Source: Macrostomum lignano (lineage: Eukaryota). From it: a stretch of DNA of 64,000 nt. The stretch is from assembly GCA_002269645.1 (NCBI GenBank), contig NIVC01001831.1, positions 62,001 to 126,000 on the forward strand, written 5' to 3'. The stretch's first letter is position 1. Each line of letters opens with the position of its first letter. Position numbers and translations under genes: made by a program. This document shows positions 60,480-64,000 of this stretch, piece by piece. The notes under the pieces were generated by a model. It made no database searches and had not been told where the DNA came from. It worked only from the letters and a program-made list of their open reading frames with translations.

Positions 60480-62594
60480 TTACTCCGATTTGATTGCAGC
60501 ATCCTCTTTCGGTGCAGCCTCCTGATCTTCATCAGCCTGAGTCTCGCCCGTCACCACCATGAAAACCTTCTGCAGAGCCAAGGTCAGGCCGTGGTAGCGG
60601 CGCTGGAAGGATGCCGGCTTTCGCTCCCAGGCCACGCAGAGAAAGTACACCGGAATGCCGACGGCGATGAAGCCGAGGCACTTCAGGCTCTGGTCTGGCG
60701 CCTGGTAGATCGTCATGGCAACCAAGCCAAAGCACCACAGCAGCACGAATACGGGAATGGGCAGGGGGATCTTGATCGGCCTGTGCAGGTTTGGCCGCGA
60801 GTAGCGCAGATAGAGCAGCGAAGACATAGTGAGGGTCAGGATGATGTTGAAAGCAAAACCCAGCAGGTTGATCAGCGTCCAGATGTCAGCGAGGAAAAGC
60901 AGAGCCAGAGAAATTATGAGCTGCGGAGTGTTAGAAAACATAGTTTATTTAAGTCTACTAGCGGCTGTTGCCAGCAACCTTCCCCTGCCTAAAATTACAT
61001 TGAATAACAGCTCTCATCTCTACCCAATGTACACTGAATAGCAGCTATTATCTCTACCCGATGTACACTGAATAGCAGCTATCATCTCTACCCAATGTAC
61101 ACTGAATAGCAGCTATCATCTCTACCCAATGTACACTGAATAGCAGCTATCATCTCTACCCAATGTACACTGAATAGCAGCTATCATCTCTACCCGATGT
61201 ACACTGAATAGCAGCTATCATCTCTACCCAAAGATCACATTAAATAAAAATCACCAAAGCTGCTCACCATAACGATGAGCGATGGCAGAGGCGTGAGCTG
61301 CTTATAGCTGATCATGGCCAAAAACTCGGGCAGCTGGCCCTCCCGAGCGCCCACATAGAAAACCCGGGAGATGCTCATCGTGCCGCCGTTGATGGCACCG
61401 AACACCGAGATGGCGACGAACAGCGGCATGAGGAAGGCAGCCGGGCCCATCTTGTCGTTGGCGAAGGTGATGGCCACCGCGTTGGAGGAGATGATCTGCT
61501 CCGGGGACAGGACGGCAGCGTAGGCCACATTGGCCAGCAAGTAGACCGCGGTCACGATGGTGATACTGATGACTATCGCTAGGGGAAGATTTCTGTAGGG
61601 ATTCTGCAGCTCCTCGATCAGAAAGTTCAGGTAGTTCCTGACAGTTCAATGGATGGGTTCTGGCGATAAATTTTCTAAATTCAAGATAGTAAAGTTTTTT
61701 GGTCCAAACCGTCATTCGATGGTTCAAGATGTGTAGAAAAGTGTCAAAGTATCGGTGTCAGGATCTGCAGATGGGTGTCAGGATCTGCAGATGTGTGTCA
61801 GGATCTGCAGATGGGTGTCAGGATCTGCAGATGGGTGTCAGGATCTACAGATGGGTGTCAGGATCTGCAGATGGGTGTCAGGATCTGCAGATGGGTGTCA
61901 GGATCTGCAGATGTGTGTCAGGATCTGCAGATGGAAGTCAGGATCTGCAGATGGGTGTCAGGATCTGCAGATGGGTGTCAGGATCTCGATCAGGATCTCT
62001 ATATAGACTTCAGTGTCTCCAAAGATTTCCTTGTGTTATCGGGACGCATCATATGTTGCTACTCATGAGTAGTAACAGCTGCATTGAACCCGACTTTCCA
62101 ATTCCACGCACCATCCGCCGTAAGCCCAGAAACCGGCGTAGAACCCGAAGGCCAGGGTTTTGCCATTGATGTCCGAGCCCTCGAATGCGTCCTGCAGGTT
62201 GTTGCTGTAGCCTGCGAGTGGAAATGGGGAGCGGAGGGTGGGTGAACTGCATGAGGTCCCGTCAGAGAACTCAGGCTCAGAATTTCTTAGAAATGCTAAT
62301 GACTCTCAGAGCAACGTCTCATAGAAATATTTACTATTGCTTTGCGTTTTTCGAATTTTGGAAGTGTCTCTAATGCCAACTCAGAATGAAGAGCGTTCTC
62401 AGTGCCTTGAGCACGTCCGATCGGCGCTGACAGAACAAACTGCACGGCAGTGGGGCTGCTCTGTTTACCTTTGCCAACGTGAATGAAGCCGAGAATGATG
62501 ATGATCACGAGGGCCAGAAGCTTGCATCCGGTGAAAATTATCTGAGTTTTGGCCGCCCACTTCACGTTGATGCAGTTGATGGCCGTCAGCAGGC
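60480..62594 (-). CDS. SLC7 L-type amino-acid transporter light chain (LAT/y+LAT/b0,+AT-like); 5' exons lie beyond the window
   Basis: Exons 62469-62594, 62112-62211, 61268-61637, 60480-60920, phases 1,2,0. [65 protein letters not shown], GIPVY. Confidence 0.94.
61010..61230. repeat. 34-bp repeat x~6, SLC7 last intron
   Basis: CTCTACCCAATGTACACTGAATAGCAGCTATCAT. Confidence 0.93.
61755..61985. repeat. 20-bp repeat (GTCAGGATCTGCAGATGGGT)n, SLC7 intron
   Basis: Directly visible. Confidence 0.94.
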
Positions 62595-62944
62595 CTGCGG
62601 GATGGAGATGGCGGGAGGCTGGGGTTCGGGTTGACTCAGGCGATGCTATGAGATCCTTCACAGACTCTCCAGTTGCCATCGCTGTCTTCTGTGCTCATTT
62701 AAACCCGAGTCCCGAGCGCCCCATGCCTCGGGCGGTGACCTACAAGGCCCACTTTTTTGAGTCTGGACTTGGCAACTCAATCAAGCATGCAAAACAATTT
62801 TATTTTATTTTGGAATTCTCATTCTATGGATTCGTGTTCCTCCTCGGCATCCATATTCTCCCTATTTCCAGCATCGCTTACTTCCCATTCTCACTGGTCT
62901 GATACCAATTCCTCCTAATCACATCACTGCCTGGTCCCACACTC

Positions 62945-64000
62945 CCCGTTCCCATCACTCCCCGATCCCATCACTCTTTGATCCTATCACTCCTTGATCC
63001 CATCACTCCATGATCCCCTCACTCCCTGATCCCATCACTCCCTGATCCCATCACTCCCTGATCCCATCACTCCATGATCCCCTCACTCCCTGATCCCATC
63101 ACTTCCTGATCCCATCACTCCCTGATCCCATCACTCCCTGATCCAATTACTCCCTGATCCCATCACTCCATGATCCCCTCACTCCCTGATGCCATCACTC
63201 CCTGATCCAATTACTCCCTGATCCCATTACTACCTGATCCCATCACTCCTTGATCCCATCACTCCATGATCCCATCACTCCCTGATCCCATCACTCCCTG
63301 ATCCCATCACTCCCTGATCCAATTACTCCCTGATCCCATCACTCCCTGATCCCATCACTCCCTGATCCCATCACTCCCTGATCCCATCACTCCCTGATCC
63401 AATTACTCCCTGATCCCATCACTCCATGATCCCCTCACTCCCTGATCCCATCACTCCCTGATCCAATTGCTCCCTGATCCCATTACTACCTGATCCCATC
63501 ACTCCTTGATCCCATCACTCCATGATCCCATCACTCCCTGATCCCATCACTCCCTGATCCAATTACTCCCTGATCCCATCACTCCCTGATCCCATCACTC
63601 CCTGATCCCATCACTCCCTGATCCCATCACTCCCTGATCCAATTACTCCCTGATCCCATCACTCCATGATCCCCTCACTCCCTGATCCCATCACTCCCTG
63701 ATCCAATTGCTCCCTGATCCCATTACTACCTGATCCCATTACTACCTGATCCCATCACTCCATGATCCCATCACTCCCTGATCCCATCACTCCATGATCC
63801 AATTACTCCCTGATCCCATTACTACCTGATCCCATTACTACCTGATCCCATCACTCCATGATCCCCTCACTCCATGATCCCCTCACTCCCTGATCCCCTC
63901 ACTCCATGATCCCCTCACTCCCTGATCCCATCACTCCCTGATCCCATCACTCCCTGATCCCATCACTCCCTGATCCCATCACTCCCTGATCCAATTACTC
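62945..64000. repeat. 16-bp minisatellite (CCCTGATCCCATCACT)n running off the window end, SLC7 intron
   Basis: Directly visible. Confidence 0.96.

Noticed and set aside
59977-60532. Short minus-strand ORFs downstream of SLC7 (faintly THAP-like)
   Set aside because: The required C2CH residues and spacing are not present.

Overview
Eukaryotic (metazoan) genomic DNA with GC-rich exons, GT-AG introns and about 40 distinct tandem-repeat arrays. The (CCAGA)n/(CAGA)n satellites and overall architecture resemble the flatworm Macrostomum (inference, not verified). Splice-consistent gene models built by hand: an unknown 4+ exon protein with a KH-like segment (-, truncated by the window), two paralogous GT32/SUR1-type glycosyltransferases (+), an intronless class A GPCR (+), a syntaxin-6 N-domain protein lacking a SNARE motif (+), a K2P potassium channel with a greatly enlarged cap (+), an NRF-6/OACYL acyltransferase (-), a ZnT/SLC30 zinc transporter (-, 5' end not found) and an SLC7 amino-acid transporter (-, truncated). 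Mobile elements: a degenerate piggyBac apparently carrying a tyrosine-recombinase (Crypton-like) remnant, a young Gypsy LTR element with a gag deletion in intron 1 of the second GT32 gene, a 2.2 kb TG..CA insertion with a 4-bp TSD, a Crypton-like 664-bp insert in a minisatellite, a 679-bp foldback element and a 300-bp solo LTR. Most long ORFs in the supplied track are artefacts of tandem repeats. No rRNA, tRNA or CRISPR array could be supported.
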